64,000 nucleotides of DNA, taken from the human T2T-CHM13v2.0 reference genome, Homo sapiens. Numbering within the stretch: position 1 is the first letter of the stretch; each line of letters starts with the position of its first letter. A program made the translations under genes and the position numbers. The DNA is taken from NCBI RefSeq assembly GCF_009914755.1, contig NC_060926.1; one strand, 5' to 3'. Below the pieces are notes generated by a model, which saw only the letters and a list, made by a program, of their open reading frames with translations, was not told where the DNA came from and did not search any database. Below are positions 41,846 to 54,699 of the stretch, one piece after another.

Positions 41846-42190
41846 CTACACATACTAACATACACACATTTATTCTGTTGGTTTTATTTCTCTGTGTTGG
41901 TTTTGTTTCTCTGGAGAACCCTAATTAATACACTAAAGATGAAAAGAGACAGAATATACAAAAGGAAAAAGAGGCAAAAATAAAATACAGTGTTTGGGGA
42001 TGTTCATTTGTTCTATAAAACTACAAAGGAAAGAGAATGGAAAGGGGCTTCTGGGTTGGGTGGCAAAATTTTATTTCCTGACCTGTGTAATGGTGAAGTG
42101 TATTCGCTCTATGAAAATGTATTAAACTATGCATATGTTTTGTATATTTTTCTAGATCTGTGTTAGATTTTTATAATAAGAAAGCAAAAG
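41070..42190 (+). mobile_element. Old L1ME-type 3' UTR fragments, split by MLT2
   Basis: aacctgaatttgatt..gcctctagatccaacta...tgggaaactctaca...ttcttcaacaaataaattgcaa; terminal ggggcttctgg...tatttcctgacctg...tgtgttagattttataataa. Confidence 0.75.
41467..41932 (+). mobile_element. MLT2 (D-like) ERVL solo LTR
   Basis: tgtgatggctaattttgtgtgtcaacttggctgggcca...gtttctctggagaaccctaattaataca; TSD ctata/ctaaa. Confidence 0.92.
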
Positions 42191-43578
42191 AAACTAGAGA
42201 AGGAGGATAATAGTCACTTGCTATTAATAATAGCTAACTCATATCAGTGAGTAATTCTCTTGGAAACCATAAATTTGCTAAGAATTTTAAGTATTAAAGT
42301 TCAAAAGTAACTTATTATTGCATAACAGTTCTCTTTGCCTTTGTGGAACGACTGACCTATTATTTATTAGAATAAGAATATGATACAATGACAACTAGGT
42401 AACTTTTTGCATAATGGTTGTTGTGTAATACATTTAAATGACTATTCAGGTGGGTTGAGAAAGCACTTCACCATTGGTGGCTTAAAAGTAGTAAACCAGT
42501 TAAGGCAATATTCCTTGAACAGTCCAAGCTACAACACCACTTGGCTCATGAATTCTTGGCATTCAAGGCCAACAGGAAGCTAGATCTGCTGTCCAGTTTC
42601 TGCAGGTGCACACTCAGCCAAATAAAGGGATGCCAACCACATTAATGGGATCACTAAAACACAGTCTGCAAAATCTACAGAATGAGAACTGAGCAAGGTA
42701 TTAGGAACACAGCACTATCTATACCAGAACAATAGTCTATGCCAGCATTGGCCAATAGCTTACAGTTAAAACAAACAAGCTTAATCACTGAGATACCAAG
42801 GATTCCTAGATCAGTATTTCAACAGCTTCGGGATGGTATGAAGAAAAAAGTGATAGTATAGTTTAATGTCTCTATATTCAAAGACAAATCTGCGTTTCCA
42901 GATATATGTTGCCTTGAATGTCATGAGTACCTAAAATCGTGTGTGTTCAAAAGGAATCACAGATTCTTCCTCTCACTGTCTCTTCATAACATCCCTGTCT
43001 CTCTTCATTGTACAATTTACATCTAAATTTCCAGAAGTAAAGTCATTTCCCTTCTTCTTCCCACTTCATTTCCAATTAGAGGCAAAATAGATTTGATTTC
43101 AAAGCTTTTGAAACACTTCTTGTAACTGTCCACTTAAGCAAATAAAACACCACTTGAATCTACTCACTTCTCTCCATCCCTGCTTTCAACATCCTAATTC
43201 AAGCTCTTCTACTTCTTGGGTGGAATACAACATATCCCCTAATTCTTCACAGCACCATCTTACCTCTTTTCTAACTCTTATGATAAAACATTATTATGTT
43301 ACTATTTCTCAGATGTACTAATGGTAACATCCTTTTTTCTTCAGAAACAAAACCAATTCCAGGAAAAAAACATCTTCAAATGTGCATTATCCCACAGCAT
43401 AATATTGAAACTCCTCAGGATGGTAATGTAAGGCTTCTTCATGCTTTCCCAACTACATCCTCGGTTTCGTCTCTCTAATCACTTTTTACTTATCCTTCAA
43501 TCAGTCACATGGGCCTCCTCCTGTATGTATTCCATACTTTGTTATCTTATCCTTTTGTTCTAGATGCTGCCTCTAACT

Positions 43579-43765
43579 CAGTGCTTCTCAAACTTGAGAG
43601 TGAATCAGAATCACCTAGGAAACTTAAAGCAAATATTGCTGGGCCCCAGGGTCAGAGCTCCTGGTTTAGTAGGTATGGAGTGGGGTCTTAAAAATGTAAC
43701 TTTCTAGCACTTTCCCAGGGGGTGCTGACACTGCTGGTCTGGAGATCATACTCTGAAAACCACTG
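43579..43765 (+). mobile_element. MER5A (complete; its duplicate at 37280-37392 is truncated)
   Basis: cagtgcttctcaaactt...tcagaatcacct...gctgctggtctggagatcatactctgaaaaccactg; degenerate 8-bp TSD ctctaact/ctcaagct. Confidence 0.85.
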
Positions 43766-44790
43766 CTCAAGCTAAATAGCTCCCCTCTATTTCTGCTCCT
43801 GCAATATGGCCACTTAAGGCTTCATGCAAATTTCCTTCTATCCCTGGGTAATGCCTCCAGTCCAAAACCATCAAGACATTTTTTTCTTCTGAATGCCTAT
43901 AGTGTCATATTTCTATCATTCTTATAATACTTAGGATAGCCCACTATTCATGTAGTCATGTGGTAAAATTTAATTTTGCCTATAGACTGTACATTGTTTG
44001 AAGGTGGTATCCATGTGTAAATTTTCTAAATTATAGATCCACAGCACAAAGCATGGTGTCTTATGTACGAGAAATAAAATAAATATTTTCTTCCTGCAAA
44101 ATAAATCCATCTGATAGAGGACATAATTATTCTACCACAAATATCTATCGGCACAGGAACTGGCAAACGTAACAGAAGGCTTTCTTTTGGTGCAAAGCTT
44201 GGTTTTCACTTTGCATGTATTCATGCTCTGCCAATGAATCTGGGACTACTGCTGTGTGTCCATCTGTTAGAACCAATCACAATGTTTTGGGGCAAAATAC
44301 TGGGGCAAAATATTTGGACAAAATATTTAACAGCTCAAATTACAATATGTTATATATGATGAGAAAAAAGCTATGACAACATTTGCTGTACAAATCTCAT
44401 ATAATTAACACTTTTTTTCCCTTTTTTTCAGAGAAAGGTAAATTTCAGAGCAAAATGATCTTGAATAAAAAGCCTCATGGTCTCATGGGAAATGCAGAAC
44501 AAGGTTGTAGGCAATAGGTATGCTGAAGTGTGGCATAACCAGTTGTCTCTGCCAAAAGACATCTAAACACTTAAACAAAAATCTGATCTATCTGCCACCA
44601 TTGGAACTGACTTAACCCTTTATTTCTTTTTTCTTCTTGTTACATGCAAAAACTTGGAAGTACATTTGGTCTTCATGCTTTTCCTCTTGTCCTTCATGCC
44701 CCTTCCTCTTGTCATTCCACCTACTTCTCTGGCTCCTTCACATCTCTTGTCTTTAGGGAACTGGCATTGTTTCTTAGTATAGTATCTTGG

Positions 44791-45171
44791 TTATATGGTT
44801 TGGCTCTCTGTCCACACCCAAATCTCATGTCGAATTGTAATCCACGGCATTGGGAGAGGGACCTGGTGAGAGGTGACTGGATCATGGGTACAAATTTCTC
44901 ACTTACTGTTCTTGTGATAGTGAGAGAGTTCTCCTTAGATCTGGTTGTTTGAAAGTGTGTAGCACTTCCCCCTTTGCTCCCTCCCCTGCCACCATGTGAA
45001 GACAAACTTGCTTCCCCTTGGCCCTTCTTTCGTGATTGTAAGTTTCCCGAGTCCTCCCCAGATATGCTGCCTGTACAAGCCATGGAAATGTGAGTCAATT
45101 GAACCTCTTTTCTTTATAAGTTACCCAGGCTCAGGTAGTTCTTTATAGTGGCATGAGAACAGACTAATACA
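44791..45171 (+). mobile_element. MSTA MaLR solo LTR (inserted in a probable MIR)
   Basis: tatggtttggctc...caaatctcatgtcgaattgtaatcc...caggtagttctttatag...gactaataca; TSD CTTGG on both sides. Confidence 0.93.
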
Positions 45172-47139
45172 CTTGGGTATGAGGAATCTGGTGTTCCAGT
45201 GTTGCTACTGCCCCTATCTACCTGGTGAAATACTTTATCTCATTAGGCATCACAGTTTTTATCCACCAAATGATAGGGAGTGAAATGTTTTGTTTATCTC
45301 TGTCATTTCCTAAATTTATTCCTCTTTTGAGGGAAGTAGCTTCCATGGCACTACAAGGTAACATATCATTCTCCTGAAAAGATTAATAGGACCTCTGCAA
45401 ACTAGTTTTTATTTGAATCAGGAATAGCATGCTTATTATATTCATTACAACTGAAATATATTTAGTTCATAAACTGCCATTTCTATTATTCAATCAGCTC
45501 TATATATCAGCATGACATAACTGCTTGATGCACTTAAGTAGGACTCACAACCTCCAGTCACTTGGTTCACCAATTACACACCTATAGTAGTGTACATATC
45601 TTTCATTTTAAATAGCATTATTTTCATTGTCACTATCCCATTAAGAGGTCATAGAAACATTAGTAAAAAGTGATTGAATACCACTTTGAACTTAGAACAA
45701 AGCTCAGTGGGATATTTGAAATGTATGCTAAAGTAATAAGAAAGAGATAATTGATATGAAGAGATGAAAAAAAACTAAACAAAATAGAAAAAGCCACATT
45801 GTGAACACACATGTTTGAATTCTAAGAGATTGATACTATCCCTATTAATTTTAACTTCTAATAGAGACTTTCATATATTCTTATGCTATTCTGCATTCGT
45901 TTCTGAATTTTTTACAGCATTCTAAAGGCAGGGTAAAGTTAACACAGCACTAGTATTTCAAATATTTGTAACTAAAGAAACTGAAGTTCAGGGAGCTGAA
46001 GAATTTGCCACTCATAAGGTAACACACCAGGGCTGGAAATCTTTTTTTTTTTTTTTCCTTACAAACCAATATCTACTCTCTGGAAGTACTGCTGTGCTTA
46101 TGAACAAAGGTAATATATGAATATATGATCATGGTTACATACTCCGTGAGTATGTGAGGAGCTGCTTCTTAAGTGACTTTGTGTCTCTCTTAATATTCAA
46201 CATAGTGCCTATAGCACAATAGGACGATATATCTAGGATACTTTGTTGGATAAACACATCAGAATTTCATTTGTCCTGGAAAATTGAAACTAGATATGAT
46301 CAGTGAATAAAATCCACCATAGTTTTAGGCTTCTGGTTAAGATGGAGCAACATGTTGATTTACTCTCCCAACTAACATCTAAAAAACAACTTAAAAAACT
46401 GGAAAGAATATATCAAACAGTAGTACTCAAGACATTGAATATCAGGCAATGAAGAATGTGACCCCTGAGAAATAAGCCACAAGATTGCTCCAGCTTACTG
46501 TTTAAGTAAATTTCCAGGTCACAGTGCAAAGAGAGGGAATCCAAGTAGAGACAGGCAGTCTCCTATCTTGAGCAGAAAAAACTGGAATCCCAGAGAAGGC
46601 AAAGCAAGTGGAGTTCACAGGGCAACAGAGACATAGAATAGGGAACTGTATAAGGATAATCCAGAGAACTGCAGAGTGTCCCTCTTTGAGGATTCACTAG
46701 AATACCGATCAGTACATGGATGTGAAGAAACTATCCAAACCCAGGTGAAGAATCATCCAAATTTATTATAAGAAAAAGTGCTTGATTTTCACATAAGCCC
46801 TAAATAATCTCTGTTCCCAATAGCCAGAGTAGAAAACTTCACACTTCAGGAATCATCAAAGAATTAGAAGGGTCATGCCTCAGTATTGGGGAAAAATTAA
46901 CTCTAGACTAAATGCAGTTGTATTCTGGCCTAACAAAGCTTTTTTAAAAGCAAGACCTGAAAGTTACTTCCCAGGTAACTCAGCATCTCAGAAGAAAGTT
47001 CAAGAATATCTATGGGAATAAAAATAACCTAACTTTCAACAAGTCAAAATTCATAGTAAGGTATCTTATCAAAGATCAAAATGTACACAAAGAAGCAGAA
47101 AAATAAAAGCAATACCGAGGATAAAAAATAAATTAATCA

Positions 47140-47485
<346 letters not shown>

Positions 47486-48033
47486 TTACTAGTAGACAAA
47501 GACATTAAAACAATTACTATAATTATATTTCATATGTTTAAGAAGCAATAGACATAGAAGTTATAAAAAAAGAATGAAGCCAAAACACAGGGATAAAAAG
47601 CCTATTGGATGGAATTAAAAGCAGATTAATATTGCAGAAAAAAACTAATGAACTTGAAAATAGAGAAATAGGAACCATCAAAATAAAGACTGAAAAAATA
47701 ACACAGAAAATACGTGTCAATTGATGGACAAATTAAGTAACCAAATATGCGTACAATTATAGTCACTAAATGAGAGGGATTAAAAAAAAGCGCTGAAAAT
47801 TTTTCAAGAAATCATGTTCAAACATTTTCCAAGTTTGACAAAAACTATAAATCCACAGATCCAAGTAACATAATGAGCCCCAAGAAAAAGAAATATGAAT
47901 TAAACTATTCCAACATCATAATCATAATTAAATTGCTTAATGTAAGTAATAAAGACAAAAATCATAAAACAGCCGGAGGAATAAAAAAGACACATTATAT
48001 AAATAGATACATAAGAGTGACAGCACATTTCTT

Positions 48034-48366
48034 TTTTTGTTTGTTTTTCTTTTGTTTGTTTGTTTTTGGTTTTTGTGTTTTTTTTGAGACAGAGTCTCAC
48101 TCTGTCGCCCAAGCTGGAGTGCAGTGGTGCGATCTTGGCTCACTGCAACCTCCGCCTCCCAGATTCAAGTGATTCTCATGCCTCAGCCTCCTGAGTAGCT
48201 GAGATTACAGGTGTCCACCATCATACTTGGCTAATTTTTGTATTTTTAGTAGAGACTGGTTCTCACTATCTTGGCCAGCTGGTGATGGCCATCCTGACTT
48301 CAAGTGATCCTTCCCCTCAGCCTCCCAAAGTGCTGGGACTACAGGCATGAACCACCGTGCCCGGCC
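48034..48366 (-). mobile_element. AluS (Sx/Sz-like)
   Basis: Full dimer with long (TTTG)-type tail; 21-bp TSD aagaRtgacaRcacatttctt at 48013-48033 and 48367-48387. Confidence 0.96.
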
Positions 48367-48780
48367 AAGAATGACAACACATTTCTTGTTGAGAATAATA
48401 CAAGTAAGAAGATAAAGAGCAACATATTTAAAGTATGGAAAGAAAAAAATAATCTGTCTATCTGAAATTCTTTACCCGGAGAAAGTCTGTCTAAAACAAA
48501 GATAAAGGAAAGACTTTTTTAGAAATACAAACGCTGAAAGAATTTAAAATCAGTATATCTCACAAGAAATGTTAGAGTTCTAATACTGTATGTGAAGCAG
48601 TAGAAATACCACTTAAAGATAGACTGATAAATTAAAGGCACAAACCCTAAAGACACCATTAAAATAAAGCAACAAAGAGTTATAGCTAATGAACCAACAA
48701 AGGAGATAGAGTCATAATAATTAATGAAAAACGGGAGGGAAAAAAGAGCAAAAGGAATCAAAGTACACATAGGGAGAATA

Positions 48781-48922
48781 GAAAACAAATAGCAAGATGG
48801 TAGATCTAAATCTAGTTACACCAATGATCACATTAAATGGTCTAAACACTGGAAAACAAATAGCAAGATGGTAGATCTAAATCTAGTTACATCAATGATC
48901 ACATTAAATGGTCTAAACACTG
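48781..48922 (+). repeat. 71-bp tandem duplication inside L1M
   Basis: gaaaacaaatagcaagatgg...ggtctaaacactg x2, one mismatch. Confidence 0.95.
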
Positions 48923-50223
48923 ATGAAAAGACAGAGATTGTTAGGTTAGATAACACTTCTATATCCTGCCTACAAGAAACCCAATTTAAACATAAAAACA
49001 CAAATAATTTAAAAGTAAAGGGATGGAAAAAATTATAACGTGCTAACAATAACAAAAATAAAATTTAAAAGACTGCATTAATATGAGACAGAGTAGATTT
49101 CAGAGCAAAAAATATTACCATGAATAAAAAGCATAATTTCATAATGACAAAAGTGTCAATTTTTCAACAGGACATAACAATCCTAAATATTTATATAAGC
49201 AATAACAGACCTTCAAAATATTTAAACCAAGAGTGAAAAGAACTACAACGATTCTTTTAAATGTAATTATAGTTGGAGATTTCAACATCTATCTGTCAAT
49301 AGTTCACAGAACAAGTAGAAAGAAAACCAGCACAGATAAAGAACACTTAGACATTATCAATTCACTTGGCCTAGTACCTAGGAAAGGCCCCCTTATTAGT
49401 GCATGTATCCTCACAACCTGGACAAGTTGAACAGTCCAGCAGTGGCTACCATAAGCTGCTCAAACTGATAAAATCAGAGTTCTCACATATTTAAAAATGT
49501 TGACTGAAAGTGAACATAGTCTGAAGCTAAAAGGTAAAATTCAAGGGTGGTCAGCATCCATCAGACCATCCACATGGGCCAGAGTATTGGAAGGACTGTT
49601 ACACAAAGAGAAAAAGATATAAGGAGAGATAAGAGACTAATGTGATGCTCTGTGGTACTCTAGTTGCTGATTCTCTTTCTGATAGCTACTTTCATTTACC
49701 TTCTTTTTGTGTCTTAGTTTTACAAATCTTGATTGACTTTGTGAAATAGCCCAGAATCTACCTTTGCTTCAGGATGCCAGATCAACACAGAAAGGCATAC
49801 ATAATGTAAACATAAAGTCAAGATGTAACAGTCTGCTTTCTGAGATCCTGCCTTTTTAATCTGTCATTAACCTTGTTCATTTATCCTTTTTCTGTAGGAA
49901 AAACTATAGACCAGCAGGAGAGTATTCTTACTCTAACAATTCACCCTATCTGGAATCCATTTCTCAGTTTTTTTCACTTCCTCCTTCTGGCCCAGCTCAA
50001 GTTCTGTCTCTTCAAACAAGACTTCCAAGACCAAATCAAATTCTCAGGGATCATTTTCTTCTCTCAAGTCCTGTAAGCCACTATTGTGAAACTTAGCCAA
50101 TTTTCTCTTTCTGTTATACATTATCTTATATGTATGTCTTGTCTCCTAATTCAAACAGCAAATTCTTTAAAGGGATTATGCTTTGTCTTGAATATCCAGG
50201 AACATGTCGCACCCCAAACTCAG

Positions 50224-50399
50224 TGGGGTGGGGGGAGGGGGGAGGGATAGCGTTAGGAGATATACCTAATGTTAAATGACGAGTTAATGGGTGCAGCACA
50301 CCAGCATGGCACATATACATATGTAACTAACCTGCACATTGTGCACATGTATCCTAAAACTTAAAGTATAATAAAAAAAGAAAAAGAAAAGAAATAAAA
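50224..50399 (+). mobile_element. L1PA (PA3-like) 3' end, heavily 5'-truncated
   Basis: G-tract...gatatacctaatgttaaatgacgagttaatgggtgcagcacacc...taactaacctgcacattgtgcacatg...aaagtataataaaa polyA. Confidence 0.95.
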
Positions 50400-51109
50400 G
50401 GCATTACAGAAATCGTCAGGGGCTTGTGGATTGATTTACGGACCTTTGCATTTATAATTTTATTTTTCTAAGAGAATGTATTATGATTTCCAACTGGTTT
50501 ATAAATGAGTATCAGTTGTTTTTATATTTATGTTTTTCTGTATCTATATGTAAATATATTCATACACAAGAAGCTTGGCTCTATAGTTGTATTTATAACA
50601 AGATATTATAACTAAGCATACTATATAATTAACTAAAAGTTTACAGCTAATAGCAAAAATTACATCATCCTTCTTGGAACTTTGTATCTGCTAACTGTGG
50701 ATTCAAAGGTAAAGAGTACCTTGCTTTCCTTTTCTTTTTTCTTAATTAACACTGCTTGCTCCCTTTTCGTTCCCAGGTGCAAAAAAGACAATTAATGAAT
50801 GCTATTAATAAATGAGAAACAATATTAAATATTAATTTTTACCACTTTTTTGTCCTCAATAGTGTAGATAAATTTTCCCTAAGGCATTCCTTTTAGTGAC
50901 CTCATTGTAAATTGATTCTAACACATTTAAAACTTAAAGTCATGGTAAATATTCTCAGTTGTAGAGCAACCTATGTCGAGTTAACCTCAACCAGAATGGA
51001 AATGACAGCTGTAAAATATCTAAGATGCAGTAGTTTTCTATTCAAAATATGAAAATGAGTCTAATCATCTTACAGCTGTTTTGCTTTTGATACGTAACAG
51101 GTGATGGGT

Positions 51110-51350
51110 GTAGGTTCGGAGCCTTGGCTTTGATTTTAAACAGATTTTGGGTCAAATCTCATCTTTATTATTTACTATAACCATCCATGACCCTGTGCAA
51201 GCGACACTCTCTCTCCAAGCCTCAATCTTACTCCACATTACATCCACATGAAAAATGTGGGTGATGTTAGCACCCAAATCACAGACTTGTGGTGAAGTTT
51301 AAATATGTTACAATATGTGAAGTGCTCACTACAAGGTAATTGCTCAATAA
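51110..51350 (+). mobile_element. MIR SINE
   Basis: gagccttggctttga...gggtcaaatctc...gcacccaaatcacagacttgtggtgaagtttaaat...tgctcaataaa. Confidence 0.65.
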
Positions 51351-51496
51351 AATTTGGATTAAAATATTTTCAGGAAAAAGTTAGTTTTGTTTTATTCAGG
51401 TTGATGAGGAGATTTGGTACAGAGTGTCTTTGTATAGAATATAACAGCTTCATCAGATAATATATTCTTAAAATAATCTATTTTTCTTTAAAATAT

Positions 51497-51787
51497 GTTT
51501 TTTTCTTTTTTTTGTAGTTTTTTTTATTATACTTTAAGTTTTAGGGTACATGTGCACAACGTGCAGGTTTGTTACATATGTATACATGTGCCACGTTGGT
51601 GTGCTGCACCCATTAACTCGTCATTTACATTAGATATATCTCCTAATGCTATCCCTCCCCCCTCCCCCCACCCCACAACAGGCCCACGTGTGTGATGTTC
51701 CCCTTCCTGTGTCCAAGAATTCTCATTATTCAATTCCCACCTATGAGTGAGAACATGCGGTGTTTGGTTTTTTGTCCTTGAGATAGT
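51497..51787 (-). mobile_element. L1PA (PA4/5-like) 3' end
   Basis: ttattatactttaagttttagggtacatgtgcacaacgtgcagg...cccacctatgagtgagaacatgcggtgtttggtttt. Confidence 0.95.
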
Positions 51788-53192
51788 AAAGCTTTATTTT
51801 TCTGCTTAAAAGTGGTACAGTTTTATGTTATCCAACTTTATGACTATTTATGTACTATGTTAACCTCACTGGAATTAAAATAAATAAAAAAATAAATAAA
51901 TAGCAAATGTAATCACTACATAATTATTTTAATTCCATGATACCAAACTGTTTTGGTCAACTTTGTTTTTTAACTGAATTAACTATTAATAAATATTTTG
52001 GCATTATGTAGACATACACTCAAAACACCTCCTTCAGCATTGCAACTTGACATTTTAAAAACAATTATTTTCTATTTTATTGTACAAGCCAGAATTTCTG
52101 GGAAAACAGGTGCCCCCTTTTCCAAAACAATGGCGTTGCAATGTTTCCATTAGTCTAAAGCGTGGATATCACTTTATCCCCACTGGTAAAGTGATTCAGA
52201 AGCTGGATATCATAAAAGGAGGTGGTACCTTTAAATAACTAGCAGAAAAGCCTGGTAGCAAGAGAATATTATGCTATTACTGTAAATTTCACTGACAGTA
52301 AAGGGCTGCGGGGGTTATGGAAAAGGAGAGGAGCTACACAATAACCACTGGCCAGAGTAATTAGCTGGTGTAATGAAGAGAGAGGAAAAGTGTGTTGGAC
52401 ACTGAAGGCCTGAACTGTCAGCATTATTGTTCTCCAAGGCTTTGGAAGAACAATGCTCTGCTGAGCCTTCAGTAATCGCTATACATGACTACTCATGAAC
52501 AGAGTAATTAAGAAATGTCAGTGCTTCTCTGGAAAAAAAATTAACACTCATACCACACAGAGTGCTTCCCTGGAAGAACCACATTTTTTTTTTTGTTCTT
52601 CTAAAATACTAACAGAGCAGTATTTATACTTCATGCAGTTCAAAGGAATGAGCTATGAATAACTAAACAAACCCAGCAATGTGATTGTTCCTTCCCCCAG
52701 CATGTACACTTCCAATACTCAACGGAATGGCTGGACATATCTGAGCTACACAGAAACTATCCTGAGCACTGTGTTCAAATTGTCCCATGTTCCCCAGCCT
52801 TCAAGCTGTTCTATGTGATATCACCCAAATTTATTTTTGCCTGGTACTTGCCGTATCTTACTTATGTATACATTCATGTATTCCTCATTTCATTAGATCT
52901 TTAAGCTTCATGAGGATGGAGATATTGTCCTGCTCATCACTGTATTGAGAGTGCCTAAAAGAATATCTGGCAGTGGAAAATGCTGAATAAAGATTTCTTA
53001 AAATAATTCAAGATTAACATTTTATTTAAGAAAAGTATAATGTGAAGCCTCTCATATGCCTTAGAAGGCTAGTTTCTCAATTAAAAGCAGCCAATTTTAT
53101 TTTAAAATAAGTGTCAGAGTAAGCAAAAAACTGAAATATAAAATATTACAAACTTTTTAAAAGATACACTGAATTTATGGTATAAAACTTAC

Positions 53193-53284
53193 CTGAAAAG
53201 GAAAGTAGTCTAGATAATGATTCAAAATTTCTACAAAAAGAGTCTGTCCTCATCTTGCAAATAATAAATTGGCAATATTTTTTC
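53193..53284 (-). other. Candidate 92-nt exon whose donor is itself preceded by a pyrimidine tract
   Basis: Minus strand: atttcatttccttaatagtttacttctacag|G...ctactttccttttcag|GTAAGT. Motif evidence only. Confidence 0.35.
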
Positions 53285-53802
53285 CTGTAGAAGTAAACTA
53301 TTAAGGAAATGAAATCTCAGACATTGCAGAGTAAAAAGGTGAGAGCACCAATCCTGTACTAATGAGGCTAATAAAATCAAACACTCTTCTCCCATTCCAT
53401 TCCAACTTATTTACTCTGCTCTTTGAATTAAGCAGTTGTGTCTATATGGCTAATTGTAGCTTTGATTCTCCAATGTGCTCTCTAATCAGATTGCATTAGA
53501 GGTAAATATTTATCTCCCCAAAGTTGTAGAATTTATGGCTAGAAAGAAACAAAAGCTAATCTTTTGCATTTTCCAGGTAGAACATATTTTGATTCAGGAA
53601 GGAAATAAGTTGAATTCCAAGAATCAACAAGATATTTTGTCAATTTGAGAGAGCTTTAGCTGAAAACAGAATTGAAAATGATTTCTGAATAGGATTCTTT
53701 TCACCACAGCTGACTGCTTATTGTTTCATTAATTCTATAATAAGAATAAATGGATAATAAAAATGTTTTCTAACTGCAACAGTTCATTATGATGACTATA
53801 AA

Positions 53803-54020
53803 GCAGTATAATGCAGTGGAAATGAGCTGAATTTTGGGAGCCAGAATGTCTGGGTTTGAATCCTGTCTCTGTTACTTAATAGGCATATGACTTTAGGCGG
53901 CTTCCTCAATTGCAAATTTGGGATAACAATAATACCAATCTCAAAGTGTTGTCGAGAGAATCATATGAATTAAACGTAAAAAACTTTGAACAATACTAAA
54001 TGCTGGCTATTATAGTTATT
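53803..54020 (+). mobile_element. MIR SINE
   Basis: gcagtataatgcagtggaaatgagc...ctgggtttgaatcctgtctctgttactta...gtgttgtcgagagaatcatatga. Confidence 0.82.
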
Positions 54021-54461
54021 ATAAAAATATGGTTGTTGGTTGCCTTGTATTAATAGCTATGTTCATTTTCTGTTTAGTAGCCATTGTCAAGCAATTTATC
54101 ATTATATAATGTCAACAATTTAATTATTTAAGTAAAATTATACAAATTATATAAAATCCTCATTACTCATAAAATTAAAGGTAAAAGTGAATATGAAGGT
54201 ATTGATTTAATATTTCAACTGCATTCATATGTATATTGTACAACATGACAAATAGCATATGAAAGGAAGCTATGCAGTACTAATGTATTCATTCATTCAT
54301 TCATTCATTTATTCAGCTAATATATTTTGAGGACCAACTCTCCATCACATCAAGGAGATATAAATAGTGATCAAGATATATAAAGTCTTGACTTTTAAAA
54401 GTTTATAGTAAATGAAAAAATCATGCAATAAGTGTTACTGAGAAAATAGAAGCTATCTGGC

Positions 54462-54630
54462 TACTATAGCTTGAATGTGTCTCCTCTAAAATTTAGGTGT
54501 GGCCAGTGTGATTGTATTAAGGTGTGTGGAGGCTTTAAGAGGTGATTAGGCCATGAGGGGTCCTCCTATGTGAATGGGATTAAGCTCTTATTAAAGAAGC
54601 TTCACATAGCATTTGGCTAGTTTGGTCTTC
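54462..54630 (+). mobile_element. MSTC-like MaLR LTR 5' fragment
   Basis: ttgaatgtgtctcctctaaaatttaggtgtggcca...tttaagaggtgattaggccatgaggg...gtgaatgggattaag. Confidence 0.8.
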
Positions 54631-54699
54631 ATTGGGTAAAGATATAAAACATCTTTTCCTAAAATATGCCCATTCTTGGAATTAATATTCTCCTCACAT

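Noticed and set aside
49233-49430. Endonuclease motif IIVGDFN as an active gene
   Set aside because: Part of a decayed, 3'-truncated L1M ORF2 with stops and frameshifts.
53239-53253. MRTDS peptide identical to the PKIB N-terminus
   Set aside because: Only five residues; the continuation (FCRNFE) differs from PKIB (SKMTDV).
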